Below are positions 36,828-46,116 of a stretch of DNA of 64,000 nucleotides, one piece after another; position 1 is the stretch's first letter; each line of letters starts with the position of its first letter. Under the pieces are notes generated by a model. It was not told the origin of the DNA. It did no database searches and saw nothing but the letters and a program-made list of their open reading frames with translations. The position numbers and the translations under genes were made by a program. Source of the stretch: an uncultured Pseudomonadales bacterium (GTDB lineage Bacteria > Patescibacteriota > Microgenomatia > UBA1400 > PJMF01); the NCBI GenBank assembly GCA_964556485.1, contig CAZKVV010000002.1:74291-138290 (forward strand). The letters run 5' to 3'.

Positions 36828-38540
36828 ATGAGAATCAACAAACATTTTTTCAATGCTTTTAGAAAACATATCATTTATATCGTTTTGATTTTAGTTGCAG
36901 CAGTCATGGGATCACTGCCATTACTGCACAGTGGACTTTATACTGCTCACGATATCTGGCATCAGGTGGCTAGGCTGTATCATTATTCAGAAGCAGTTTC
37001 GGATGGCCAATTTTTTCCAACCTGGATTAGCACCCTGTCCCAAGGTCATGGATATCCACTCTTTCTTTTTTCGTACCATTTTCCATGGATACTCGGAACT
37101 CCTTTAGTATTGATGGGGGCAAGTATTGAATTTGCCTTAAAGTTTCTTTTCTTTGTTGCATATCTTGCTTCCGGTTGGGCGATGTATGCATTAGCTTGGC
37201 ACATAACAAAAAATAAAACGGCTTCACTTGGAAGTGCTGTCTTGTACTTATTTGCTCCATATCACTTCTTAACAATGTATGTCAGTGCTGCTATTGGTAC
37301 ACAGTTTCAGTTTGCAATCTTACCACTGCTCTTTTTGGGAGCTGCTTGGATTTTGGACAAAAGGCCTAGATGGGGTTTTATTCTTTTAAGTATTTCAATT
37401 GCCACAGGAATTCTCACTCACCTCATAACCTTTGCATACTTTATGCTGGCATTGCTGCTGTATATTGCATTTATACTCTCGACCACGCACATTGCGGCTA
37501 ACAGAAAGCGGAAAATAGTTGCGTTGCTTTTTTTAAGTTTATTTCTTGGTATCTTGCTCTCAAGCTTCTATTTAGTTCCATTTGTTGCATACAAAAATGA
37601 AATCATTGCTTCTCTACCTGGAAATGGTTTTACAGATATATATAAAAGTAATTTTGCATCACTCCGTCAACTCATTTACTCAAAATGGGGGTTTGGCCCA
37701 ATAATTAGTAATGCTAAAGATGGTGAAATATCGTTACAAATTGGTATTGCACAATGGCTCGGTGCATTTTTTGCAACATTGCTTGTAATTACTTCAATGA
37801 TTTTTCGTAAAAAATTTAAAAATGAAAATGTGTTCTTTTTGTCTTTATTTGGACTAAGCATATTTGGAATGCTTAGCATATCCGAACCTCTTTGGAGTTT
37901 TGTAACTAAAATTGTTTCGTTTGATTATCCTTTTAGACTTTTGTTGATTAGTGTATTTTCTGGTTCACTGTTAGCTGCCTTTGTTATTACTTCAGTAAAA
38001 AAGTATAAACTCTTTTTATATGGTGCTTGTGGCTTTTTCATTATGATTGCGATGTACACAAATAGAAACCATATTAAGGTTAACTTATATACTGATGTTC
38101 CGCTCGATTTGTATGTAAGGTCTGAAACTACAACAAACACCTTTCATGAATATTTGCCGCTGGGTGCTAGTTCTCAGTTACTTTCAAAAGATGCGCAGTC
38201 TGTTGCAATTTCAGAGAATAAAACTTCAGTTCCAATTGTAAGTAATCTTGCACAAACAACTAACTCACTATTTTTTGATGTAGAAATCGCTACACCATCA
38301 GCCATTTCAATTAGTCAATTCTCTTTTCCTGGACAACGACTGTATGTTAACAAAAAATTTGTGGAACATAGTGTTGATGGCAGCGGTAGAATACAAACAA
38401 GTTTAACTGAAGGAAGACACAGTGTTCTCGTACAATATGAAGACACTACGCCAATATTATTTGGAAAAGTCTTAACAGTACTTGGAATGGTTTTTTTAGT
38501 AAGGTTTTACATTGCGGAAAGCAGAAAAGATGAAAAATAA
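36828..38540 (+). CDS. Polytopic membrane protein of HD-x-H-x-AR / GQFP / GYP-F family (paralog 2 of 3)
   Basis: TAHDIWHQVARLYHYSEAVSDGQFFPTWI ... HGYPLFLFSYHFP. Same architecture as 28542..30182. Confidence 0.5.
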   Translation: MRINKHFFNAFRKHIIYIVLILVAAVMGSLPLLHSGLYTAHDIWHQVARLYHYSEAVSDGQFFPTWISTLSQGHGYPLFLFSYHFPWILGTPLVLMGASIEFALKFLFFVAYLASGWAMYALAWHITKNKTASLGSAVLYLFAPYHFLTMYVSAAIGTQFQFAILPLLFLGAAWILDKRPRWGFILLSISIATGILTHLITFAYFMLALLLYIAFILSTTHIAANRKRKIVALLFLSLFLGILLSSFYLVPFVAYKNEIIASLPGNGFTDIYKSNFASLRQLIYSKWGFGPIISNAKDGEISLQIGIAQWLGAFFATLLVITSMIFRKKFKNENVFFLSLFGLSIFGMLSISEPLWSFVTKIVSFDYPFRLLLISVFSGSLLAAFVITSVKKYKLFLYGACGFFIMIAMYTNRNHIKVNLYTDVPLDLYVRSETTTNTFHEYLPLGASSQLLSKDAQSVAISENKTSVPIVSNLAQTTNSLFFDVEIATPSAISISQFSFPGQRLYVNKKFVEHSVDGSGRIQTSLTEGRHSVLVQYEDTTPILFGKVLTVLGMVFLVRFYIAESRKDEK

Positions 38541-39264
38541 AGATCAGAAAGTTATTGCTGTAATGCCTGCATATAATGCAGCCAGAACTCTCAAAAAAAC
38601 GGTAGCAGATATTCCAGCAAATACCGTTGATAAGGTTATTCTTGTTGACGATCATAGTTCAGATGAAACCGTTAAGGTTGCAAAAGAACTGAACTTAACT
38701 GTTGTTACTCATCCACAAAATAGAGGCTACGGTGGTAATCAAAAAACATGTTACACGCTAGCCCTTTCTGAAGGTGCTGATGTAGTCGTTATGATTCATC
38801 CTGATTATCAATATGATAGTTCATTAACTGCTGAGATGGTTAAACCTATTTTAGAAGGTAAATGCGATGTTATGCTGGGTTCTCGCATACGAACAAGAGC
38901 TGAAGCACTTGCTGGCGGCATGCCAAAATATAAGTACATTGGTAATCGTTTTTTAACGTTAGTTGAAAATACTGTGCTTGGCCAAAATTTATCTGAGTAT
39001 CACACTGGGTTTAGAGCATTTAGTAAAAAATCATTAGAAAATTTGCCGTTTCACACCTATTCTGACGATTTTGTTTTTGATTCTCAAATATTATTTGGTT
39101 GTATTGCAAATAATGAAAGAATTGGTGAAATCTCAGTTCCAGTTAGATACTTTGAGGAAGCATCATCAATCAATTTCTGGAGAAGTTGTATTTACGGCTT
39201 AACAATCTTAAGAGATTTATTGATTTATTCAGTTACAGGTGGTAAATACTTCATTAAACATTAA
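38530..39264 (+). CDS. Short GT2 polyprenyl-phosphate glycosyltransferase (DPM1-like)
   Basis: The track start at 38512 is TTG; the ATG at 38530 is preferred. KVIAVMPAYNAARTL ... ILVDDHSSDET ... GYGGNQKTCY ... DVMLGSR. Confidence 0.75.
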   Translation: MKNKDQKVIAVMPAYNAARTLKKTVADIPANTVDKVILVDDHSSDETVKVAKELNLTVVTHPQNRGYGGNQKTCYTLALSEGADVVVMIHPDYQYDSSLTAEMVKPILEGKCDVMLGSRIRTRAEALAGGMPKYKYIGNRFLTLVENTVLGQNLSEYHTGFRAFSKKSLENLPFHTYSDDFVFDSQILFGCIANNERIGEISVPVRYFEEASSINFWRSCIYGLTILRDLLIYSVTGGKYFIKH

Positions 39265-40970
39265 TTATCGCTACAACTGCTTTCAGTAAGCAATGAGTGT
39301 GAATCATAGACATACACATAGGTATGTACTCCGTTTGACGCTTTTCCTTGGTAGAGCTGGTTAGCTTGTTCTATCTTTTGATCAGTCACATAGACCGATT
39401 CTTGATTATTCTGCTGTGCTTTACAACCCACTGCTTCTAAGGATTCACTAGAAGCCGTCACTCTTCCCAATTCGACAGTGTGTTGAAAGCCTGAACTTTC
39501 TAACTCACCTAACTTTGCAAGTTGTTGGTATTGTTTTGGCGGTAGCTTAGTATAAAAAGCATAAAACATAATAGGGTCAGAATAAAAAGGTTTGAAGTGG
39601 ATCTGAGTTGACTCAGGCAGGGTTTGTAAGTATGAATGCAGATCTGGAAGGTACGATTGATAATAATATTCATTTTTTGTGGTATGAACCGCAAAGTACT
39701 CGGTGAAATACAAAACACTGTAGCCAGCAAGAATAAGAGATAGAGATATAAGCAATAGATTTCTCATTCTCTTGTGCGCGAACTCTAACACTATTTTTAT
39801 ACCAAATATGATCACAATTAAGACAAAGGGATACCACATTGAAAGTCGGACTTTTTGTGGATCTCCAGAGAGAATTGTAGGAATTGGTGATAGCAGTAAA
39901 CCAATTAAAACTACCAGTCTTTGGTGAGTGGACATGTTTTTTCCAACCATGAAAAGTCCAACTAACCCAATGACAAAAAAAGGATACACAATTGGGTAAA
40001 ATTGACCAAATCCATCTTGTGATAAGAAAATGAGATCATCTTCACCAGATGAGACTAAGTAATTTGGTGAAAAAGCAGCAAGGTATCTCTGTGTAAGCAT
40101 CCGGGAAACGAGCACTGGTTTATTCCAGACGGCATCGCAGAGAAGTCTGGGATACTGCATATCACAAAAGGTTCTACTTTCATCAATTTTGAGCACAAGA
40201 CCTGGATCTGAAAAGATACCTACTTGATGTAATCTGGTGCCGTTTACACCGATGACGCTAGGTGCAAAAAATGGTACGATCAGCGAGAGAAAACTGAACA
40301 AAAACACTGCAAGATGTTCTCTCTTTATTTTTTCAATAAAAAACAGCCAAAGTAGTCCAAAAATCCAAAGTAAGGCAGTGATTGGTCGGTAAGCGATGTA
40401 GCTATACCAGGTAAGTGATAAAGCAACACCAGACAACAAGAACCAATACCAGTTCCTTTGTCGAACTGCTCTAAAATAGGAAGCTAAACCTACTAGAAGA
40501 CAAAAGAGAGCTATGTTTGATTCAAAACCAAATCGACTTAGGAAAAATGGCCAAGGGCTGAGAGCTGTAATCAATGCACCAAGGGTGCTCAGTTTCTTGC
40601 CAAATGAAAACTCTCTGAGCAACCAATACGATGCTAGTATTGATGCAACACCAATGAGAAGTGATGGCACTCTTATTGCAAAAATACTCAGACCCCAAAG
40701 AGCGACGGGAAGAATATCAAGGTATGCCATTGCAGGTAATTTTTGATCACCAAAGCCTTTAAAAATGAGTGGCCATTTTTGGTTGTGCTCGTCTGCCCCC
40801 GTTTGCAACAGTGACTGAGCTATATATCCAAAATGGAGCTCATCTATCAGTGCCCCCTTAGGGGCTCTATCTATCTGCCAGATTCTCACACAAAATCCCA
40901 GCACTACTATTAACAGTAGCACGAGGATGGGATACAATGATTTGAGTGTCGTTTTTGTATATTTTTTCAT
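39261..40970 (-). CDS. ArnT/PMT-like GT-C glycosyltransferase, SFGDYKLP subfamily
   Basis: The track start at 41012 is TTG; the ATG (MKKYTKTTL) is at 40970. LIDELHFGYIAQ ... KGFGDQKLPAMAY ... IRVPSLLIGV. Confidence 0.7.
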   Translation of the reverse strand: MKKYTKTTLKSLYPILVLLLIVVLGFCVRIWQIDRAPKGALIDELHFGYIAQSLLQTGADEHNQKWPLIFKGFGDQKLPAMAYLDILPVALWGLSIFAIRVPSLLIGVASILASYWLLREFSFGKKLSTLGALITALSPWPFFLSRFGFESNIALFCLLVGLASYFRAVRQRNWYWFLLSGVALSLTWYSYIAYRPITALLWIFGLLWLFFIEKIKREHLAVFLFSFLSLIVPFFAPSVIGVNGTRLHQVGIFSDPGLVLKIDESRTFCDMQYPRLLCDAVWNKPVLVSRMLTQRYLAAFSPNYLVSSGEDDLIFLSQDGFGQFYPIVYPFFVIGLVGLFMVGKNMSTHQRLVVLIGLLLSPIPTILSGDPQKVRLSMWYPFVLIVIIFGIKIVLEFAHKRMRNLLLISLSLILAGYSVLYFTEYFAVHTTKNEYYYQSYLPDLHSYLQTLPESTQIHFKPFYSDPIMFYAFYTKLPPKQYQQLAKLGELESSGFQHTVELGRVTASSESLEAVGCKAQQNNQESVYVTDQKIEQANQLYQGKASNGVHTYVYVYDSHSLLTESSCSDN

Positions 40971-40991
40971 TTTAAACGTCTCTTCTATCAG

Positions 40992-40997
40992 TATTAT
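40992..40997 (+). promoter_or_regulatory. Candidate -10 hexamer (TATTAT) 5 nt upstream of ATG 41003
   Basis: Plus-strand sequence reads TATTAT-cacat-ATG. Confidence 0.25.
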
Positions 40998-41002
40998 CAC
41001 AT

Positions 41003-42796
41003 ATGCACACAAAGAAAAACATAACTTTTTTACTACTGCTCTTTTTTTTCATTCTAACTAGCAGACTTTATAAAATATCCAGTGTTCCCAGCGTTATTAG
41101 TCATGATGAAAATTATTATCCAGTGCAAGCAAAAACAATTGCTGTAGCATTTACCGATCCGTCTGGCACTTGGAATCCTCTTAGCCTTACTGCTGCTAAT
41201 CCGCTCTATGCTGAATTGCCGGGTTTGATTATGGCACCCGCGAGTGCATTCTCCAATCCACTACTTGCTGCAAGATTTACTCATGCATTACTTGGTAGTT
41301 TGTTGGTTTTAGTTTTGGCTGGTATCGCTCACACTGTCACCAAGAATCGAATATTTTTCTTGTCAGTCTATCTGATTGGTTTCCTTAACCCTTGGCTTTT
41401 TCAATTTTCACGAATGAACTTTGATGCCCTTTTTAGTCTCTTTTTCTACTTTACAGGAATTTTTCTATTCCTGCAAAAATCACCCCAAATTAAATTACTT
41501 TCAGTTTTCTTTTTCTTAGTTGGCTTCTTCCAATATCAGGGACTCAAAATTGTACTTTTGCCACTGACTGTAGTTCTGTTACTTTTTGAATACGCTTGGC
41601 AAAGTAGTATTAAAAAGCGTTCTATTAGCAACTTTTACCCTAATATTGCTTTGGGTTTAGGTGTGGTTCTAGTTACTGTATATTTTTTGTTAACCTTATC
41701 TGGACAAAGTGCGAGCAGCAGAGCAAGTGATACCATTTTTTCTGACCCCACTATTGCTGCTCAAGTACAAGTGCAGCGACAACAAACTATTGTTAACCCA
41801 GTAGTGCAACTATTTAATAACAAGTTCACCGTTGTAGGTCAAACTTTTCTGAGCAACTATCTTGCTAGTTTTAATATCAATCAACTTTTTAATACTGGTG
41901 AATCGCTACGGAATCCTTTTTCAGTGTGGTCAAAAGGTATGTTTTATCCACTCGATTTAGTTTTGATTGTAGTAGGTTTCTTTGCTCTCTATTCTGTTAA
42001 AAAAACTAGACCATTTGCCATTATGTTGTTATTACTTATTTTGATCGCACCTCTACCATCTGCAATTAATGCAAAAGGATTATGGATCATGTTTAGAAGT
42101 AGTTTATATGTGCCAGTTTTCGTTTTGCTTGCTGGTGCAGGAGTATCCTACTTGATTACAAAACACAAATTAATTGCTCTCCTTGTTATGACTATCTATA
42201 TGCTGTTTGTTTCCAGTTTTTTTTATGAATATTTTTTCCGTTATCCAACCATCGGCACATCTGGAAATTATTTTTCAGAAAGGATTGTGGCAAGCTATCT
42301 CAAAAGAAATGCAGGTCTCTCAACAGTTGTTTTAGTTGACGAAAAACAGTTTGTGTACAATGCACTACTGCACTTTAATCAGCTTATCTCACCGGCAACT
42401 TTGGGAGAAATTAAAAAAAGCTATCAGTCAGATACGTATAGTATTGGCAGTATTAGCATTGACAATCGTTGTGTATCAACAACAGAGATTTTATCGGGGA
42501 CAACTGTGATAGCAGCGGCACATATTCCCTTTTGTGTTGAATCACACTCACCGATAGTTGAAGTTGCCCCTTTCACATCGGCCATACAATCACTCATTGA
42601 TAGTGGTGAACAGTTTATCATCTACAATGATCCTTTGTGTAGCAGTTATCAACTTGGTTCCAGTTCACATGTTACAACTGACGTTTTTGCCATTGAATCA
42701 TTATCAGATAAAGAGTTTTGTGAGAACTTTTTTGCACAAACATCGGTGTCAAAACGAATTATCCCAACGGTCATGCAATCAGATTTAGTGATCTAA
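41003..42796 (+). CDS. ArnT/PMT-like GT-C glycosyltransferase (divergent paralog)
   Basis: SHDENYYPVQAK (DE motif) in the first loop. About 12 TM plus a ~170-aa C-terminal soluble domain. Confidence 0.55.
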   Translation: MHTKKNITFLLLLFFFILTSRLYKISSVPSVISHDENYYPVQAKTIAVAFTDPSGTWNPLSLTAANPLYAELPGLIMAPASAFSNPLLAARFTHALLGSLLVLVLAGIAHTVTKNRIFFLSVYLIGFLNPWLFQFSRMNFDALFSLFFYFTGIFLFLQKSPQIKLLSVFFFLVGFFQYQGLKIVLLPLTVVLLLFEYAWQSSIKKRSISNFYPNIALGLGVVLVTVYFLLTLSGQSASSRASDTIFSDPTIAAQVQVQRQQTIVNPVVQLFNNKFTVVGQTFLSNYLASFNINQLFNTGESLRNPFSVWSKGMFYPLDLVLIVVGFFALYSVKKTRPFAIMLLLLILIAPLPSAINAKGLWIMFRSSLYVPVFVLLAGAGVSYLITKHKLIALLVMTIYMLFVSSFFYEYFFRYPTIGTSGNYFSERIVASYLKRNAGLSTVVLVDEKQFVYNALLHFNQLISPATLGEIKKSYQSDTYSIGSISIDNRCVSTTEILSGTTVIAAAHIPFCVESHSPIVEVAPFTSAIQSLIDSGEQFIIYNDPLCSSYQLGSSSHVTTDVFAIESLSDKEFCENFFAQTSVSKRIIPTVMQSDLVI

Positions 42797-44449
42797 GTCG
42801 AAAAAATACCAGGTATCAGAACCGATTTCACCCTCATTTGATTCAATAACTAGATAATCTCTAGCAAAATCTTTGTTACGGCTCACCAATAATCCTGTTT
42901 TTGTGGAACTATCTGCAACCAATGGAACTTGAGCAAAATCATAGTAATACTTGCCAAATGATGCTACTTTTTTGTATCCAATTGAGTCTACCCACACAAC
43001 TGATTTTTGAAAATCAGCTGGTTCAACCTGAGAATAAAAGGCCTGAAAAATATACGGTGAGTCTATTGTTCTATTTCTATTGCTGGTACCGTTTGGATCG
43101 ATGAAGATGTAATCGTACTTCGATTCCAATTCGTGAACGCGTTGGGCAACCTTTCTATATCCAGGTAACCATAATGGATCAAGATTCCATTGATGAATGA
43201 AAAAGTATCGAGCAAAAAAGAGTACATAACTAGCTGAAAAACCTGCTATAAGCAGTGATAACACTATTTTTTTCTTTTCAGAAGTCCACAAAGTGAATAT
43301 TCCTATCGCCGCAAAAATGGTGATGACAAAATGAAAATCGAGCAATCTATTTGTAACCGGTGCATCAATGGTAAGCGCATCTGGAATTGGTGAGAGTAGC
43401 AAATATGAAACAAGAAATAGCACCGTTTTCTTAGACTTTAATGAACCTGTAACCGCAGAGTATGCACCATAGACCGTCAAAGGCAAAATGAACCATGACA
43501 AATTCCCAAAACCTATATTTGAAAGCGAGTGCCAACCATTACTTCCTCCTTTTACAAACAAATACACAGGATTAAAGGCTGCCAAATACCCATTGATAAA
43601 ATCTGTGGAAAATTCGTACAGCGGAGTTGCAATAATTTGTCTGATTCGATGTTGTTCTACAGGTGTTTGTAAGAGTAAGAAATAGTAGTCATTGTATGAA
43701 TTAGCATATTTTGTTGGATCAATAATAGTGGCTTCTAATTTTCCAGTTGTTACGGTACTCATCAGCATGTAAATACCAATTACGAGTAAAAAGAGAATGC
43801 AAAACCCAACGCGTGTTTGTAGTTTGCCATTTTTAAAGTATTCTGAACGAAAAATGAGTATCAAAGATAAAAACAGCGGTGGAGATAGTAGCAATGCTAC
43901 ATTGTAAAACAGATAACTTAGTCCAAGTGCAATTGCAGCAAAAAAGAAATAGAACCATTTTTTTCTAGCTTTTAATAGAAAGGTTAACCCTAGTACGAAC
44001 AGTGTCAGACTCGCAATTGGTTCATATGCCGTTCTTGAGAGAAACGTGTGCCAAACTGAAAATGTAATCAAAACAGAAGTGATGATTGCAAGTTTTTTTG
44101 AATTAAAAAGTTCTTTAACAAATAGGTATGAAATAGGTACTAAAAGAGTCCCAAGAAGCGCTGTCCCAATTCTTGCTGCAAAGGGAGTAAAACCAAAAAT
44201 CTGGATGAAAAATGCCGTAAGATACACTAATCCTGGAAGTTTATAATCACCGAACGATTCGAAAAAAAATGGATATGGACCTGCTCCATGTTCATCATAC
44301 CCAGTTTTTAAAACCGAGTATCCAGAATAGGCAATACTTAACTCGTCACGATGCAGTTCTTTGGGTGTGTTGGATAGTGATGCAGTCCTCGCATACAGTG
44401 CAAAGATAGTTAAAAGCGCAAGCAGAAATGGGATCAGAAATCTTTTCAT
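42785..44449 (-). CDS. ArnT/PMT-like GT-C glycosyltransferase, SFGDYKLP subfamily
   Basis: HRDELSIAYSGY ... ESFGDYKLPGLVY ... ARIGTALLGTLL. Confidence 0.7.
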   Translation of the reverse strand: MKRFLIPFLLALLTIFALYARTASLSNTPKELHRDELSIAYSGYSVLKTGYDEHGAGPYPFFFESFGDYKLPGLVYLTAFFIQIFGFTPFAARIGTALLGTLLVPISYLFVKELFNSKKLAIITSVLITFSVWHTFLSRTAYEPIASLTLFVLGLTFLLKARKKWFYFFFAAIALGLSYLFYNVALLLSPPLFLSLILIFRSEYFKNGKLQTRVGFCILFLLVIGIYMLMSTVTTGKLEATIIDPTKYANSYNDYYFLLLQTPVEQHRIRQIIATPLYEFSTDFINGYLAAFNPVYLFVKGGSNGWHSLSNIGFGNLSWFILPLTVYGAYSAVTGSLKSKKTVLFLVSYLLLSPIPDALTIDAPVTNRLLDFHFVITIFAAIGIFTLWTSEKKKIVLSLLIAGFSASYVLFFARYFFIHQWNLDPLWLPGYRKVAQRVHELESKYDYIFIDPNGTSNRNRTIDSPYIFQAFYSQVEPADFQKSVVWVDSIGYKKVASFGKYYYDFAQVPLVADSSTKTGLLVSRNKDFARDYLVIESNEGEIGSDTWYFFDLDH

Positions 44450-46116
44450 TTTTCTTCAGCAACAAGTAACTGCCATACAACTGTATCTGATAAATTAGAA
44501 ACAGTTTTTAACGGAGTAAACTGATAATCCGGATTGAGACTCTCAAACTTTGAAACTTCTTCTGGAGCTGCTGCAATGATACTTGACTCTGATAACTGGG
44601 GAATTTCTCTGTAAAAGCTTTTATTTTCAAATGTCAAAAACTCACCTTGATCAAACATGGCAGTCTTGGATGCAGTTTGCACTCTTCTTGGATCTGTTTT
44701 TGAATAAAACCAGTAGTACATTGCTGGTCGACCTTCAATTCTTGATACGTACACTGGATATTCTGGCAGTTCTCTCTCGAGGGAATTGAGTTCGCTAATC
44801 ATCTGAGTGTAACCGTACTGCCATTCATCATTAGACACCTTTGGATAGATTAAAAAATAATATCTTAGGTATTGTAACGAGCTGATTGAGTAGGCAAAAA
44901 TCAAGAGAACCACTGCATGGTTGGCAACTTTTTTCTTGCGAGCTATCTCCAAAAATGAGGTAATTCCTGCAGTAATATACAGGATGAACACTGGCATTGA
45001 TGGGAGTGTTCTGAGGGCATGTGGTACAGCTTTAGTGAGAGCTGCAGGAAAGAGTGTCACAAGTAACCAAATGAGTAAAAAGACACTCGCAGCTTTGTTC
45101 TTATTCCAAAGATAGATAAAACCTAAACCTAAAAATACTGATTCAAAAATATAAAAGAGGCCGGCAAAATGAGTTGAGTGTCTGATGTTTTCATCCCCTC
45201 TCAAGAACATGTAGGTGGGTGAAAAGTGTGAAACAGCATTTTCCAGTATCACCTGAGAATACAAAACATATCTGTGGTAGATAATTCGGGAAAACATAGT
45301 CATATCACTTTGTTCTCTCAGTGCGTTACTCATTTCAATTATTGCAGCATCACCAAAAATGCTGGTTTCTTGAAATCTGTGAGATAGTTCTGGACTTGAG
45401 GCTTTTAAAAACAGTGGTACATACAAAATAAAACAGGTACCAAGTATAATTCCAGAAATTTTAATTGTTGCGGAAAACTGACGTACCACCAGATCTCTAT
45501 ACACAAAAATAACGCTACTCAAGCATAAAATGGGGGCAATAACTCTTGCTGCATGATAGGTGTAACCAGCTGCTACAAAGAGTAAAGCGCTACCAACAGC
45601 AGCTAAAATCCAGGTTTTTCTTTTTAGTTTCCATTGATGCTTGGCTGTAAAAACACCAATAACTCCCCAAACAAGCAGTGAGGTTGCAAAATTAGCTTCC
45701 CACATGCTCCTGCTAAACTGAATTGCCCATGGGGAGATAGCAGCAACTGCCAATGCCCACAGTCCATTGAGATGTAGTTTTCTTGCCAAGACAGCAACTC
45801 CAATAACTATGAGTACTCCAGCTAGGGCGTTTGGAAGTCTAACTGCAAAATCGGATAATCCAAACAGAGCTAAAGATGGCAGTAATGCATAAAAATAGCC
45901 AGTAGGTTTCCAGTCACCAAACGACTTGATTGCAATAATTGGCCAAACAGCATCATGATGATCCTTGCCCGTTTTTAACAGTGAGTAAGCATCATAGCCT
46001 ACTGCAACTTCTTCCCAATATAAGCTTGGAGGGACGTTTGTAAGCTGATACAGTCTTAAAAAGGCTGCGACTCCAAAAATGAAAATAATGAGCAGAATGT
46101 GTAATTTATTGTTCAT
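44446..46116 (-). CDS. ArnT/PMT-like GT-C glycosyltransferase, SFGDYKLP subfamily (EE variant of DE motif)
   Basis: YWEEVAVGYDAY ... KSFGDWKPTGYFY ... VRLPNALAGVL. Confidence 0.7.
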   Translation of the reverse strand: MNNKLHILLIIFIFGVAAFLRLYQLTNVPPSLYWEEVAVGYDAYSLLKTGKDHHDAVWPIIAIKSFGDWKPTGYFYALLPSLALFGLSDFAVRLPNALAGVLIVIGVAVLARKLHLNGLWALAVAAISPWAIQFSRSMWEANFATSLLVWGVIGVFTAKHQWKLKRKTWILAAVGSALLFVAAGYTYHAARVIAPILCLSSVIFVYRDLVVRQFSATIKISGIILGTCFILYVPLFLKASSPELSHRFQETSIFGDAAIIEMSNALREQSDMTMFSRIIYHRYVLYSQVILENAVSHFSPTYMFLRGDENIRHSTHFAGLFYIFESVFLGLGFIYLWNKNKAASVFLLIWLLVTLFPAALTKAVPHALRTLPSMPVFILYITAGITSFLEIARKKKVANHAVVLLIFAYSISSLQYLRYYFLIYPKVSNDEWQYGYTQMISELNSLERELPEYPVYVSRIEGRPAMYYWFYSKTDPRRVQTASKTAMFDQGEFLTFENKSFYREIPQLSESSIIAAAPEEVSKFESLNPDYQFTPLKTVSNLSDTVVWQLLVAEEK

